Of a stretch of DNA of 64,000 bases, positions 1-8,723 are shown piece by piece. A program made the position numbers and the translations under genes. The notes under the pieces are model-generated. The model was given only the letters and a program-made list of their open reading frames with translations, searched no databases and was not told where the DNA came from. The stretch lies in IMG/VR virus record IMGVR_UViG_3300045999_008055, one strand, 5' to 3'. The DNA is from a virus. The first letter of the stretch is position 1; each line of letters opens with the position of its first letter.

Positions 1-31
1 GTGGGGTCTTAACCAGTTAGACGACCCTCGC
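1..31 (-). tRNA. partial tRNA (5' half; anticodon outside window)
   Basis: Reverse complement reads GCGAGGG-TC-GTCT-AACTGGTTA-AGAC-C-CCAC: acceptor 5' strand, D-arm with GG, start of anticodon stem. Confidence 0.75.
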
Positions 32-67
32 ATCACCTAGCCCGTAGCTAGTGTCAGCCTCCGATCT

Positions 68-238
68 TTAGGCTTTCTTTTCCGAGCCAATCTTTTTGAT
101 TACGACCTTCGTGCCATCAGGCCATGCACGAATAACCTTCCGCCAAAATTCAGCTTCTGCTTCAGCTTCCTTTAGGTCAGAGTGCATATCCTCGCTAACA
201 CGAATACCATCACGCAGAACGATATATCTTAAATTCAT
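68..238 (-). CDS. small hypothetical protein (56 aa, MNLRYIVLRDGIRVSED...)
   Basis: Read manually; ATGA-type overlap with the upstream gene stop. Confidence 0.65.
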   Translation of the reverse strand: MNLRYIVLRDGIRVSEDMHSDLKEAEAEAEFWRKVIRAWPDGTKVVIKKIGSEKKA

Positions 239-465
239 TCTTCTACCTCCACGGCGATTTCATTATCAAATAGTGAGCCACCATCAACCTTGTCGCAGAT
301 AACGATGTCATTACTGCCATCATCACCAGCATACACGGCACGAAGTTTCTTTACTTGACTATACTCTTTTTTAGTCCATTGACTCTCTGGAACGCCGAGG
401 ACTTGCAGAGCCTCAACTCTCTCTGGAGGGATCGCCTCTCCACTTACTGCACAATGATAGGTCAT
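235..465 (-). CDS. degenerate TraR/DksA zinc-finger-like protein
   Basis: CAVSGEAIPPERVEAL resembles CxxCGExIPxxRLxA; start at ATG 465 placed by upstream TTGACA/TACAAT promoter. Confidence 0.5.
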   Translation of the reverse strand: MTYHCAVSGEAIPPERVEALQVLGVPESQWTKKEYSQVKKLRAVYAGDDGSNDIVICDKVDGGSLFDNEIAVEVEE

Positions 466-496
466 AGTTGTGATTGTAATATGTTTTTTTATTCTG

Positions 497-856
497 TCAA
501 GCGATTTTGCGAGGACGACCACGACCACGCTTTTCACCGCTAGGCAGAATTGATGTTGCATTATAGTTTGTTAGTTTCTCCTGCAATTCACCGAAACGCT
601 TGTTGGCATCTTCGATGCTAGTGCAAGTGAAAGCCCAATCGCCCCATTGACTATCGCTAGGATACATTTCAGCGGGAGGCATCTTTACGCCAGCGATCTC
701 ATAACCATTGTGACGCTTGATTGCGATAACTTCATAATGATAGTTTTCACATTCGGGGTCATCGAGTTGTTTTTTGTAGATAGCGATGTCGCCATCACGC
801 TTTACCTGCTGAAGTTTGAATCCTTTAGAAGTAAAAGATTCTTCAAGAATTTTCAA
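497..856 (-). CDS. hypothetical protein with C-terminal AT-hook (KRGRGRPRK)
   Basis: ORF track; TTG start at 856 preferred because 843-998 is a separate ORF. Confidence 0.6.
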   Translation of the reverse strand: MKILEESFTSKGFKLQQVKRDGDIAIYKKQLDDPECENYHYEVIAIKRHNGYEIAGVKMPPAEMYPSDSQWGDWAFTCTSIEDANKRFGELQEKLTNYNATSILPSGEKRGRGRPRKIA

Positions 857-998
857 TTTTAGTTCCCGCTGGAAGCCAGTTTTTAGGGTCAAGGTTTTCC
901 CCAATATAACCAACTTGGGTTTCGGTTTTAGTTTTAGGGTCAGTAGCGTAAATAGCATAGCCACCTTCAGCCAGCTTCTTTACTTTAGTGATGTTCAT
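843..998 (-). CDS. small hypothetical protein (51 aa, MNITKVKKLAEGGY...)
   Basis: Read manually; leaderless-type promoter upstream. Confidence 0.55.
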   Translation of the reverse strand: MNITKVKKLAEGGYAIYATDPKTKTETQVGYIGENLDPKNWLPAGTKIENS

Positions 999-1023
999 AT
1001 GATAATTATAGTATACTTTTAGA

Positions 1024-1362
1024 TTAATTCAAGACAAAAATTTCACGACCAATAACGCCAGCCCATTTAGCTTTATATACAGGACGCTTGGTGTCAGCAT
1101 AAACAAAACTATGATACTTATAGGGATTATAGGTTACTTGCCGCTCTCCATGAATAGGCCAACCTTCGTCTGGTGTGCCACACACAAAAGCGTGGACATT
1201 CTTACGCTTTTCTTTTAAGACTCGGTTTCTGCCAGCTTGACTCACACGAAACTCAACATCTTTCAAAAAGAACTCTGAGCTATGTTGGAGGACTTTGCCT
1301 TTAAGCATAATACTCAAACAATGTTTATGTAAGTTATAATAGACTTTGTGTTTTGCTTTCAC
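1024..1362 (-). CDS. conserved phage hypothetical protein (VYYNLHK...KNVHAFV)
   Basis: Recognisable widespread phage family motifs; TTGACA at 1392-1397. Confidence 0.7.
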   Translation of the reverse strand: MKAKHKVYYNLHKHCLSIMLKGKVLQHSSEFFLKDVEFRVSQAGRNRVLKEKRKNVHAFVCGTPDEGWPIHGERQVTYNPYKYHSFVYADTKRPVYKAKWAGVIGREIFVLN

Positions 1363-1403
1363 TCCCTTAACTATAAGATAAATTCTATAAATGTCAAGGT
1401 TTA

Positions 1404-1476
1404 TAAGTGCTTGATAGTCAACGACTTACAACGGCGGGGTCCCGCGCACCGTAAATCCTTGATAGTCAACAACTTA
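1404..1476. repeat. double-palindrome element, copy 1
   Basis: TAAGTGC-TTGATAGTCAA-CGACTTA (1404-1428) and TAAATCC-TTGATAGTCAA-CAACTTA (1452-1476), 48-bp period, 23-bp GC-rich spacer. Confidence 0.85.
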
Positions 1477-1495
1477 CAACTCATCGAATTTAGAC

Positions 1496-1523
1496 AAAAA
1501 GAAGCGGGGGATTTACCCCCGCC
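1496..1523 (-). terminator. intrinsic terminator after DUF932 gene
   Basis: GCGGGGG/CCCCGC hairpin followed on the minus strand by TTCTTTTT. Confidence 0.75.
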
Positions 1524-1546
1524 TCGGTTAAGGTTTTGGTTTTAGT

Positions 1547-2404
1547 TTAGGCGACCAGTTTCAAGAGGTCTTCGTCACGGGTCTTGCCGCTGAAGACTTT
1601 GAGCAGGTCACGGTTGACACGCTCGCTGTACTCGTAGCGCTCTTGCGAGACATTGCGAGTCAGGAACTGAGTTGCCGCATTATAAAGGTTATACAGATTG
1701 CGATCCGTATCCTCCTCATAAGCGGGATTGCGCCAAACAGCCTCGATCCCCTCACGCACCTTGCCGGAGATAATGTCTTTCTCTTCCAGCTTGGTGAGCA
1801 GGTTCAAGCCCTGTTCGTTAGTGAGAGCCTTCTGCGCCAGTTTATTGAAAACTTGCGCCGAAGATTCTACGCTGTCACAAGCATGAGCCAATGCATCACC
1901 AACGAAGTCGAGATTGACAGCAAGCGTGTGGCGCTTCGTCATGCTGAACTCCTTGGTAAGCGAGGTCATACCGTTCTCGCAGATGAGACGAAGGAAGCCG
2001 AGAGACAACGAAACACGAGTTGAGCGGTCATAACTGTTGTTAACGACCAGCCGCAACCCAAGAATGTCACCCTTGGCTCGCTTGCCCACGGGCTTCAATT
2101 CCGTTTTGAAATCGGTGAAGTCGTAGGAAGCGTAGAAACGAGCGCCGTCACGCACGACGAACTTCTTCGAGGTAAAATTCGAGAGTTTGTCATGATTGGC
2201 GAGGTTGGTTTCCACCATCTCGATGAGGTCTGCATTTTTCACCACACCATACTGCTCGGTGCAAACTCCGAGTGTAATGGGTTCGGCGGTGTCACGGCGC
2301 ACCATGCCGAAGTATCCTGTCCTCTTGCCGTCAGTTGTGAGGAGTGGCTCTTGGTGTACATCGAAATCGTATACACTTTGAGCGGGTTTGGTTTGTCTTG
2401 CCAT
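1547..2404 (-). CDS. DUF932-family phage/plasmid protein
   Basis: Motifs YxVVxN, NSYDRS, LGFLRLICENGM, KRHT, LYNLYNAAT typical of DUF932; visibly GC-richer than neighbours. Confidence 0.8.
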   Translation of the reverse strand: MARQTKPAQSVYDFDVHQEPLLTTDGKRTGYFGMVRRDTAEPITLGVCTEQYGVVKNADLIEMVETNLANHDKLSNFTSKKFVVRDGARFYASYDFTDFKTELKPVGKRAKGDILGLRLVVNNSYDRSTRVSLSLGFLRLICENGMTSLTKEFSMTKRHTLAVNLDFVGDALAHACDSVESSAQVFNKLAQKALTNEQGLNLLTKLEEKDIISGKVREGIEAVWRNPAYEEDTDRNLYNLYNAATQFLTRNVSQERYEYSERVNRDLLKVFSGKTRDEDLLKLVA

Positions 2405-2512
2405 AAAATAATCATACCATACTTTTAACTTGTGACAAGAACTTTTTTCATCTCATAAGATACTGCTAGCCAGCGGGTTGCCTATCCTGTTAAAAATAAA
2501 TACTATCATACG

Positions 2513-2585
2513 TAACACCTTGATTATCAACGACTTGCGCGCGCGGGGAGCCCGCCGCCCTAACTATATAATAATCAACAACTTA
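2513..2585. repeat. double-palindrome element, copy 2 (spacer inverted relative to copy 1)
   Basis: TAACACC-TTGATTATCAA-CGACTTG (2513-2537) and TAACTAT-ATAATAATCAA-CAACTTA (2561-2585), same 48-bp period. Confidence 0.8.
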
Positions 2586-3035
2586 TGTCAATTGAAATTT
2601 AATATTACTCTTTCTATACTCTCTTACTTTCCTTATAGCATATAATGTAGCATCTACTTCACTTAATTTAGCTTTAGTTCCCATGTTGTATTTTCTTATC
2701 TTTTTAATACCATGATAAAATTTATTCTTTTTATATTGCCATAGGTGTCTTACTTCATGGGCTATAATATCAACCAAAGACTCTTCCCAATTATATGTTT
2801 TAAGAGGTAAATATCCCCTCTCGCCTCCACTAATATATGGTTTAACATACTTAGAATAAGCTGGAACTCCAATATGCACACGACCACTATACCAAGCCCT
2901 ACCATGCCAACCTAATTTAGTATTACCAAAATCTATTTTTCTAATATCTTTAAGGTGCAATCCTTGAGGGAGACACCATTTAATAATTTCTTTTAGTTTA
3001 TCAGAGCAATATGAGGTAGTATTAATGAGCTTCAT
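2583..3035 (-). CDS. zincin/SprT-like metalloprotease-fold protein
   Basis: IIAHEVRHLWQ (HExxH). Confidence 0.6.
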   Translation of the reverse strand: MKLINTTSYCSDKLKEIIKWCLPQGLHLKDIRKIDFGNTKLGWHGRAWYSGRVHIGVPAYSKYVKPYISGGERGYLPLKTYNWEESLVDIIAHEVRHLWQYKKNKFYHGIKKIRKYNMGTKAKLSEVDATLYAIRKVREYRKSNIKFQLT

Positions 3036-3066
3036 AAACTCAATAATAATACAAATTAATTTAGTG

Positions 3067-3243
3067 TCAATTAAATTCTACTTGATTATCTGTTATCCAG
3101 CATAGTAAATCTTTGAGATCTTCTTTAACTTGAACCGCTTTAGGATTGTTGAACTTATCTAATGATATTATACGAGCCTTAAGCTCTTGAACAATTAAAT
3201 ATGTGTCCTTCCAGTGTGTTTTGTAAAATGTGTTTATGGTCAT
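3067..3243 (-). CDS. hypothetical protein
   Basis: ORF track; start refined to ATG 3243 by TTGACA-16-TATAGT promoter. Confidence 0.55.
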   Translation of the reverse strand: MTINTFYKTHWKDTYLIVQELKARIISLDKFNNPKAVQVKEDLKDLLCWITDNQVEFN

Positions 3244-3482
3244 AGGATAACTATAATACAAATTAATTCTATGTCAAGGGGCTTTTATTGCAATAATAAG
3301 TCCAATAATAATAGGTATTAGTATTTCCATATCATCTATTTATTATTTAGTCAATAGTTATTTCCAATCTAAATTCATATTATATTTAAGATAATCAGCT
3401 TTCTCTTTTGCTTCCTCTAATGTTTCTGCTTCTACTTCAAGAGTCGCAGAGCAAGATTTGGTGACTTGTATAATGTATTTCA

Positions 3483-3686
3483 TTATTTAACCCTAGTATA
3501 AGTAGCTTTTATTTTATTTAACCAAGCTTTGCATTCTTTTAATTTAGGGAAATATAGTGTTTCTATGGGATGACATCCATCATATTTAGCCATGTAGACT
3601 GGCTTGCCAAGATACTCCCCACGCTCGTAACCGCCGCCAAATAAATAAGGGTTTCTATTTATGACTTTTTGAATAGTGTAGTGCAT
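3483..3686 (-). CDS. hypothetical protein
   Basis: ORF with TTGACA 34 nt upstream. Confidence 0.6.
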   Translation of the reverse strand: MHYTIQKVINRNPYLFGGGYERGEYLGKPVYMAKYDGCHPIETLYFPKLKECKAWLNKIKATYTRVK

Positions 3687-4110
3687 CTATTTAGCTTATA
3701 TTAAATTCTATTTTTGTCAATAATGATTAAGATAAATATAAATAGCCGTGAAAGTTATGATAAGAAAGGCAACTATTGTGTCTCCTGTGATCATACAAAC
3801 GGCAATATTAATCCTACAATAACAAAGCCAAATGCAATTAACATAAGAATATCAGTAATAATTTTAATCATTTGCCCACTCCTCGGAAGTCCATAGACTA
3901 CCCTCTCTAGGCTCGTTGCCTTCAATCCAATCTATAATATCTTCTAATTCGTTAACTACTGCTTCTAATTCTTTTGGCTCTTCCTGCTTTTCGTTTTCGC
4001 CCAAAGGAATTCCAAGTAACATCTTGGTTTGCCATGCTGACTTCTTATCAATTTCTTGTGTGCATCTACCAATTCTATCATAGATTTTATTGATAATATC
4101 TTCGGTAGTT

Positions 4111-4323
4111 CTAGCTGTTTTCATCTTCTTCGTCCTCATCGGTTTCAATGTGAATAATATCAAAGTTATAATCCACTTCCTCGAAGTTAGCATCACAATC
4201 TTCTGCCCTGTTAAGGGCCATCTCTTCTGCTTCTCCTTGGCTCTCTGCCTCGACTTCGATTTCAGCCTCGGCAATTTGGTTTCGTTGAATTGTTATGGTA
4301 TATTTTTTTAAGGTGTCGCTCAT
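4111..4323 (-). CDS. acidic hypothetical protein (EIEVEAES..EAEE type)
   Basis: ORF; TTGACT-16-TATAGT promoter. Confidence 0.6.
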   Translation of the reverse strand: MSDTLKKYTITIQRNQIAEAEIEVEAESQGEAEEMALNRAEDCDANFEEVDYNFDIIHIETDEDEEDENS

Positions 4324-4353
4324 AGGTCTACTATAATGTATTTTTTAATATAG

Positions 4354-4620
4354 TCAAATACTATTTTTAATTAATTCTACTTTCCAGTTCTTGTTAATCC
4401 AGCTAGTAATCATATCAGTATAATAAGTAGTAGTAATCTGCCAAAGGTCACGCTCAATCCTAATCCTATCAAAGCTATAATAGATATATTGATTAACCAA
4501 TTTGCCTGTGCCGTAATTGCTATCAAGCACATCTATTTTAATAGTAGTTAAGGTTTTAGGAATAGATACCTTGATCTTTCCTCCAACAGCATACTCGCCA
4601 ATCTTGAATGTTTTAGTCAT
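4354..4620 (-). CDS. hypothetical protein
   Basis: ORF; TTGACA-16-TATATT promoter. Confidence 0.65.
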   Translation of the reverse strand: MTKTFKIGEYAVGGKIKVSIPKTLTTIKIDVLDSNYGTGKLVNQYIYYSFDRIRIERDLWQITTTYYTDMITSWINKNWKVELIKNSI

Positions 4621-4912
4621 TCAATTAATATATGGTAAATTTATATTTTGTCAATCTCTATGATCTGTTCCAGGATAACGACTTATCAATGATGCTTTGA
4701 AGCTTTCACATTCGAATCCTGTGACATCTTTTATTGCTTGACCACCCCTACAATTCAAATTGCCAAAGCCTTTGTCCGCTTGATATTTACTTAAATCAAC
4801 ATAAATAGTATTTGGTAAAACACCATTAATAATACCATTTGGTTGCTTGTAGATTATGTCGTATAATTTATATCTCAAAATAAAAAAATATGGTTTCGGC
4901 GACACCAAAAAA

Positions 4913-5258
4913 CGCTCACAGGATATATGGCTGTAGCAGGGTTCCGCTTTGCAACAACATCCAATCTGTGATCTAATGCGGAAAACTTTCCACTAGGATT
5001 TCAGCGTCCTAACACGCATCGAGCCCCGAAAGGATTAGACTCGCCATAGTGATTCGGTTAGTTCAACCATTTTCTCTTGAGGGACAATCCACGGCTCGCC
5101 AATTACGAGGCGATGTTATTCCTTGGTTTGGGTTGGATAACCCTTTAATTAAGCCCCCATTGATATCAAAGAACATACAGGGAACGAAAGACCATCAAGA
5201 GATCAACCTCAACATATCTTTCATTACATCCTCTCGCACCCGAGAGTTTGCCCTGTAT
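4913..5258 (-). ncRNA. candidate large structured ncRNA A (two domains)
   Basis: No credible ORF; own TTGACA-17-TAATAT promoter (5288-5293); many nested helices with G-U pairs and a UUCG loop; ends in a stem plus U6. Confidence 0.6.
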
Positions 5259-5475
5259 CTATATATATTATTATTTTTTTAGAGACTTGTCAACTATCTT
5301 TTTAGTTTCTATAATAGTATTTTCTACTCCCTCGCACACGCCCTCCAAAAGATTACCGAAAAAACAGAAAATATTATTGCAATCGCCATAGTTTAAGTTC
5401 TCCTCGAATTGTTTTTTGCTCATACAACCTATTATACATCAAATACAATATTTTGTAGAACAAATATTTTTTATT

Positions 5476-5547
5476 CTGCCTAAATAGGACTCGAACCTAT
5501 AACCATACCGTTAACAGCGGTACGCTCTACCATTGAGCTATTAGGCA
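5476..5547 (-). tRNA. tRNA-Asn(GTT)
   Basis: TGCCTAA acceptor, TACCG-CTGTTAA-CGGTA anticodon arm, GGTTCGAGTCC T-arm; CCA not encoded. Confidence 0.95.
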
Positions 5548-5548
5548 A

Positions 5549-5620
5549 AAACGGCGAGGGTTTACGATACCCCCAAACGATTCGCTTATTACGGAAGCGA
5601 CCACCGATGACCTCACCATC
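5549..5620 (-). ncRNA. degenerate tRNA-like element (GTA in loop)
   Basis: Cloverleaf-like fold with 6-bp TCGCTT/AAGCGA stem, loop CCGTAAT, T-like arm GGGT-ATCGTAA-ACCC, reduced D-arm. Confidence 0.4.
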
Positions 5621-5647
5621 ACCTCACACAACAAATCTTTGTCTACT

Positions 5648-5998
5648 TTAGACCAATTCTAGTTCGATGTCAAGTTTCTTGGTTTTGCCCATCCAACTTT
5701 CGGGCATAATATGTTTGAACCAGTCTTGCATCGAAGGAATACGACCCAAATCTTCAATAACGTGCTGTTCGCCAATCCAGCGAGTAGGAATCTTTTTGCC
5801 GTTGGATAATGTGATCGTGTGACCAAATATCCTCTCACACATAAAGATGCCCTCGGCGTGATGACGCAACGCACGATGTCTAAAGTCTGCCATCATCATC
5901 TTTGATTCATCGAACCAATCGTGAATCTTCTGATAATCTTCGGGCGTTCCTCCCCATTTCTTTGCTGAAGATACAGAATGATGGTAAGGATTAGCCAT
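5648..5998 (-). CDS. DUF6915-like protein
   Basis: ANPYHHSVSSAKKWGG..DY..IHDWFD..RHRALRHH..EQHVIED pattern. Confidence 0.7.
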   Translation of the reverse strand: MANPYHHSVSSAKKWGGTPEDYQKIHDWFDESKMMMADFRHRALRHHAEGIFMCERIFGHTITLSNGKKIPTRWIGEQHVIEDLGRIPSMQDWFKHIMPESWMGKTKKLDIELELV

Positions 5999-6498
5999 TA
6001 GAATGTTTCCTCGGTAGTATTCACGCTTTCGATACGCTCATTAAACTCAAGACTAATCTTGCGATTAAGAACATCAAAGCTGAATGTGCCGTAGGAACCT
6101 TCGTTGATCTCCCAACCCATATGCTTTGAACCTAACTTATCATAGCATATCTCGTGAACAAGCTCTTCAACACAACCTTGGCGAGGAGGCATTTCTTCCA
6201 TCTTCTTCTTCTTATCGTTCCACTGGTATCCAGCTTCTAGTCGTGAATTAGGAACTTCGCCAACTGGAGTAGTCATATCTTTGCCCCTATGGTCAAGATA
6301 CTCTACATTATTGATCTGTCCACTATCGCCACAACCATCAAATGTTGCATTGATAGTAGATATTCTTGATTCTTGCAAGAAATCAAATAATGCTTTTGCA
6401 TTACGCTTGACTGCTTCGCCTTTAGTTAAACGCTCTTCTGCGATCTTTTGATAGATGTCGTCCATCTTTGGTAATTTAATTTTTTTGGATTTGCTCAT
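5998..6498 (-). CDS. DUF6878-like protein
   Basis: FDGCGDSGQI and GWEINEGSYG motifs; start at ATG 6498 by promoter; abuts the DUF6915-like gene. Confidence 0.65.
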   Translation of the reverse strand: MSKSKKIKLPKMDDIYQKIAEERLTKGEAVKRNAKALFDFLQESRISTINATFDGCGDSGQINNVEYLDHRGKDMTTPVGEVPNSRLEAGYQWNDKKKKMEEMPPRQGCVEELVHEICYDKLGSKHMGWEINEGSYGTFSFDVLNRKISLEFNERIESVNTTEETF

Positions 6499-7422
6499 AA
6501 GAAGAGCATACCACAAACTAAAACCTAGTCAAGACCTACGGCGACTTTTCTTTTTCTTCTTAAAGATATTAAAGATATCACACTTATAATCAAACAACTT
6601 ACCGCATACCCAATAAGTGCTATACATCGATATCCAAAGTACCAAAGCTAATCCTAAGACTCTTATTTCAGAGCTTTCAATTAATTTTTCAGTTATAATA
6701 GATATCATATATTTAAACCCTTGGTGTTAATCCTTTCACACGAATCTTATCTAGAACAATTTCCAATTGATCAACCACATCTTCGTAACTAAAGTTGTCT
6801 CTGGCTCTAAGAGTAAAAATCTTGTCTACAATACAATCTTGAATTAATCTCCAATCTTCTAACGATAGGTTATTTTGGTTCATAAGATTAGTTTATTTTA
6901 CTTATTTAGTTTAGTCAATTAAATATTATTTAGATCTGAAGCTTCTCTTTGTTTTCTTATAGTTTTTCTAAGTTCTATAAATGATAATGCTTCTTGAATT
7001 TCTTTCTTCTTATTTTCATTAGACTCATTAGCTTCTGCGGTTTTTAATATTTGTTCTATAGAATTTAATTTTTCTAAAAAATTGATTCTTGGATCTTCGA
7101 GGTGTCTATTTGAATAAGGCTCAGAGATAGTTGATTCGTTATTGCTTTGATTTATGTTTTCCATAATATATTATTACACTTTCTTAAATAGTTGAATTTA
7201 TTATAAGATCCTACTCTATTAATCTTATTTACAGACAAATACTTCTTATTTCGCTTCTTAAAAGTCTTATATCTTTTCTTTATTTTTTGTTTCTTATTTA
7301 GCCAATAGTGAATAGGCTTTGTATCAATATAATAATATTTAGACCTAATATAACCAATAATAGGAATAGCCGCCGAGACTATCAAAGTAAACAAAAACAA
7401 ATAAGCATATAGTTGGTTCATA

Positions 7423-7935
7423 TTATTTTGCTCCAAAGTATTCTTTTAGTTTATTTGGATTATTTAATTTGTCAAATGGAATTGTCCATCTCTGACCATA
7501 TCCAAAATCCTTGGGTTCTGCTTTATTTAAGAATTCCTCTTTAGTAATCCAGCCTCGGATAATAGTTTCTGTGATAGATATAACCGAAGCAAAAACCGCT
7601 AAGTCTGCTTTAAATAAACTTTTATCATTAAATAGCAAATGCTTATTTTGTTCTTTGATGCTAGTTTTTACTTGAATTGTTTTATTATCTTTTACTAAGT
7701 CTTTTATTTTATCATCGCCACTAAGTGAAATGTTTTTATCTAATTTGATATTAAGAAATCTAGCAACAGCCGCTTCGCCCATTACTCCATTAATATGAGT
7801 TAAAAAATCAGTTTGATTCTTATCATATCTTTGGCTTTTTACGCCATATACTTGTTTAATAATATTTCGTCTTTCAGCAATACCTAATATGCTTAAAAGA
7901 TCAAAATAATCAAAATTAACTTTTATATCAGACAT
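7423..7935 (-). CDS. putative PD-(D/E)XK-fold nuclease
   Basis: GEAAVA...D..DL......IQVKT pattern. Confidence 0.5.
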   Translation of the reverse strand: MSDIKVNFDYFDLLSILGIAERRNIIKQVYGVKSQRYDKNQTDFLTHINGVMGEAAVARFLNIKLDKNISLSGDDKIKDLVKDNKTIQVKTSIKEQNKHLLFNDKSLFKADLAVFASVISITETIIRGWITKEEFLNKAEPKDFGYGQRWTIPFDKLNNPNKLKEYFGAK

Positions 7936-8297
7936 ATTCTTCTAGTTTATTTAGTATATCCATAATAATGTTTTTATTTTCGTCTGTCAAGTTGGAACTA
8001 TATTTATTTAAAAGATATTGAATACTATTATTTTTAAAGGTTTTCATAATATTTAGGTTCATAGGATAGCCCATATTTAAACTATTCCATTCAGTATCTA
8101 AACAATAATAAAGATAAGCTAATTCATTTTCTGTCATAGCTTTTATTTGGTTGGTTGTTATCATTATTTAAAGAGGTGGTTTTCGCAATCTGGAAGGGGT
8201 CTAAAAGATTACAGGTTCACCACTAACCTTGGGTTTCACGGCTTATTCTATTATAATCTAAATATCTTATTATGCAAACAAAATGTCGCAAATAGGG

Positions 8298-8723
8298 TTA
8301 AATATCTTCAATTTCTTCTAAATTTTTAATAGCTTTGCGGGTTATCTTCCAGCCTAGAATCTTACATATATATTTAATATCTGGCACTTCGCCTGTATTA
8401 TTTTCAATATTATGAACACTATTCTTATTTATCATAACAAGAGTTATATTTTTAGTTAGATCATATTCTCTTTCACATATATTTACCGCAAGAAAATTAC
8501 TATTATATTTTAATAGGATATATTCCTTTTTAGATTCTGCTACTACATATCTTTCTTTTCTTTTAGTTAGTTCGTTTTCGCCGTGATATAGAGTTAAGCT
8601 ATTTATAGTTATATTATCTTTATATTTGTAGTAGAAATACTCATCTACAACAACCCAATCATCTATTTTTAGTTTATTTTTGTTGATTTTATAGGTATCA
8701 TATATCTTATCCATATCATCCAT
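8298..8723 (-). CDS. hypothetical protein
   Basis: 141-aa ORF, same strand as neighbours. Confidence 0.55.
   Translation of the reverse strand: MDDMDKIYDTYKINKNKLKIDDWVVVDEYFYYKYKDNITINSLTLYHGENELTKRKERYVVAESKKEYILLKYNSNFLAVNICEREYDLTKNITLVMINKNSVHNIENNTGEVPDIKYICKILGWKITRKAIKNLEEIEDI

Noticed and set aside
4913-5258. RNase P RNA (GGAAAGT seen)
   Set aside because: No GAGGAAAGUCC / AACCCGGCUUA P4 pairing; the GGAAAG lies in a local hairpin.
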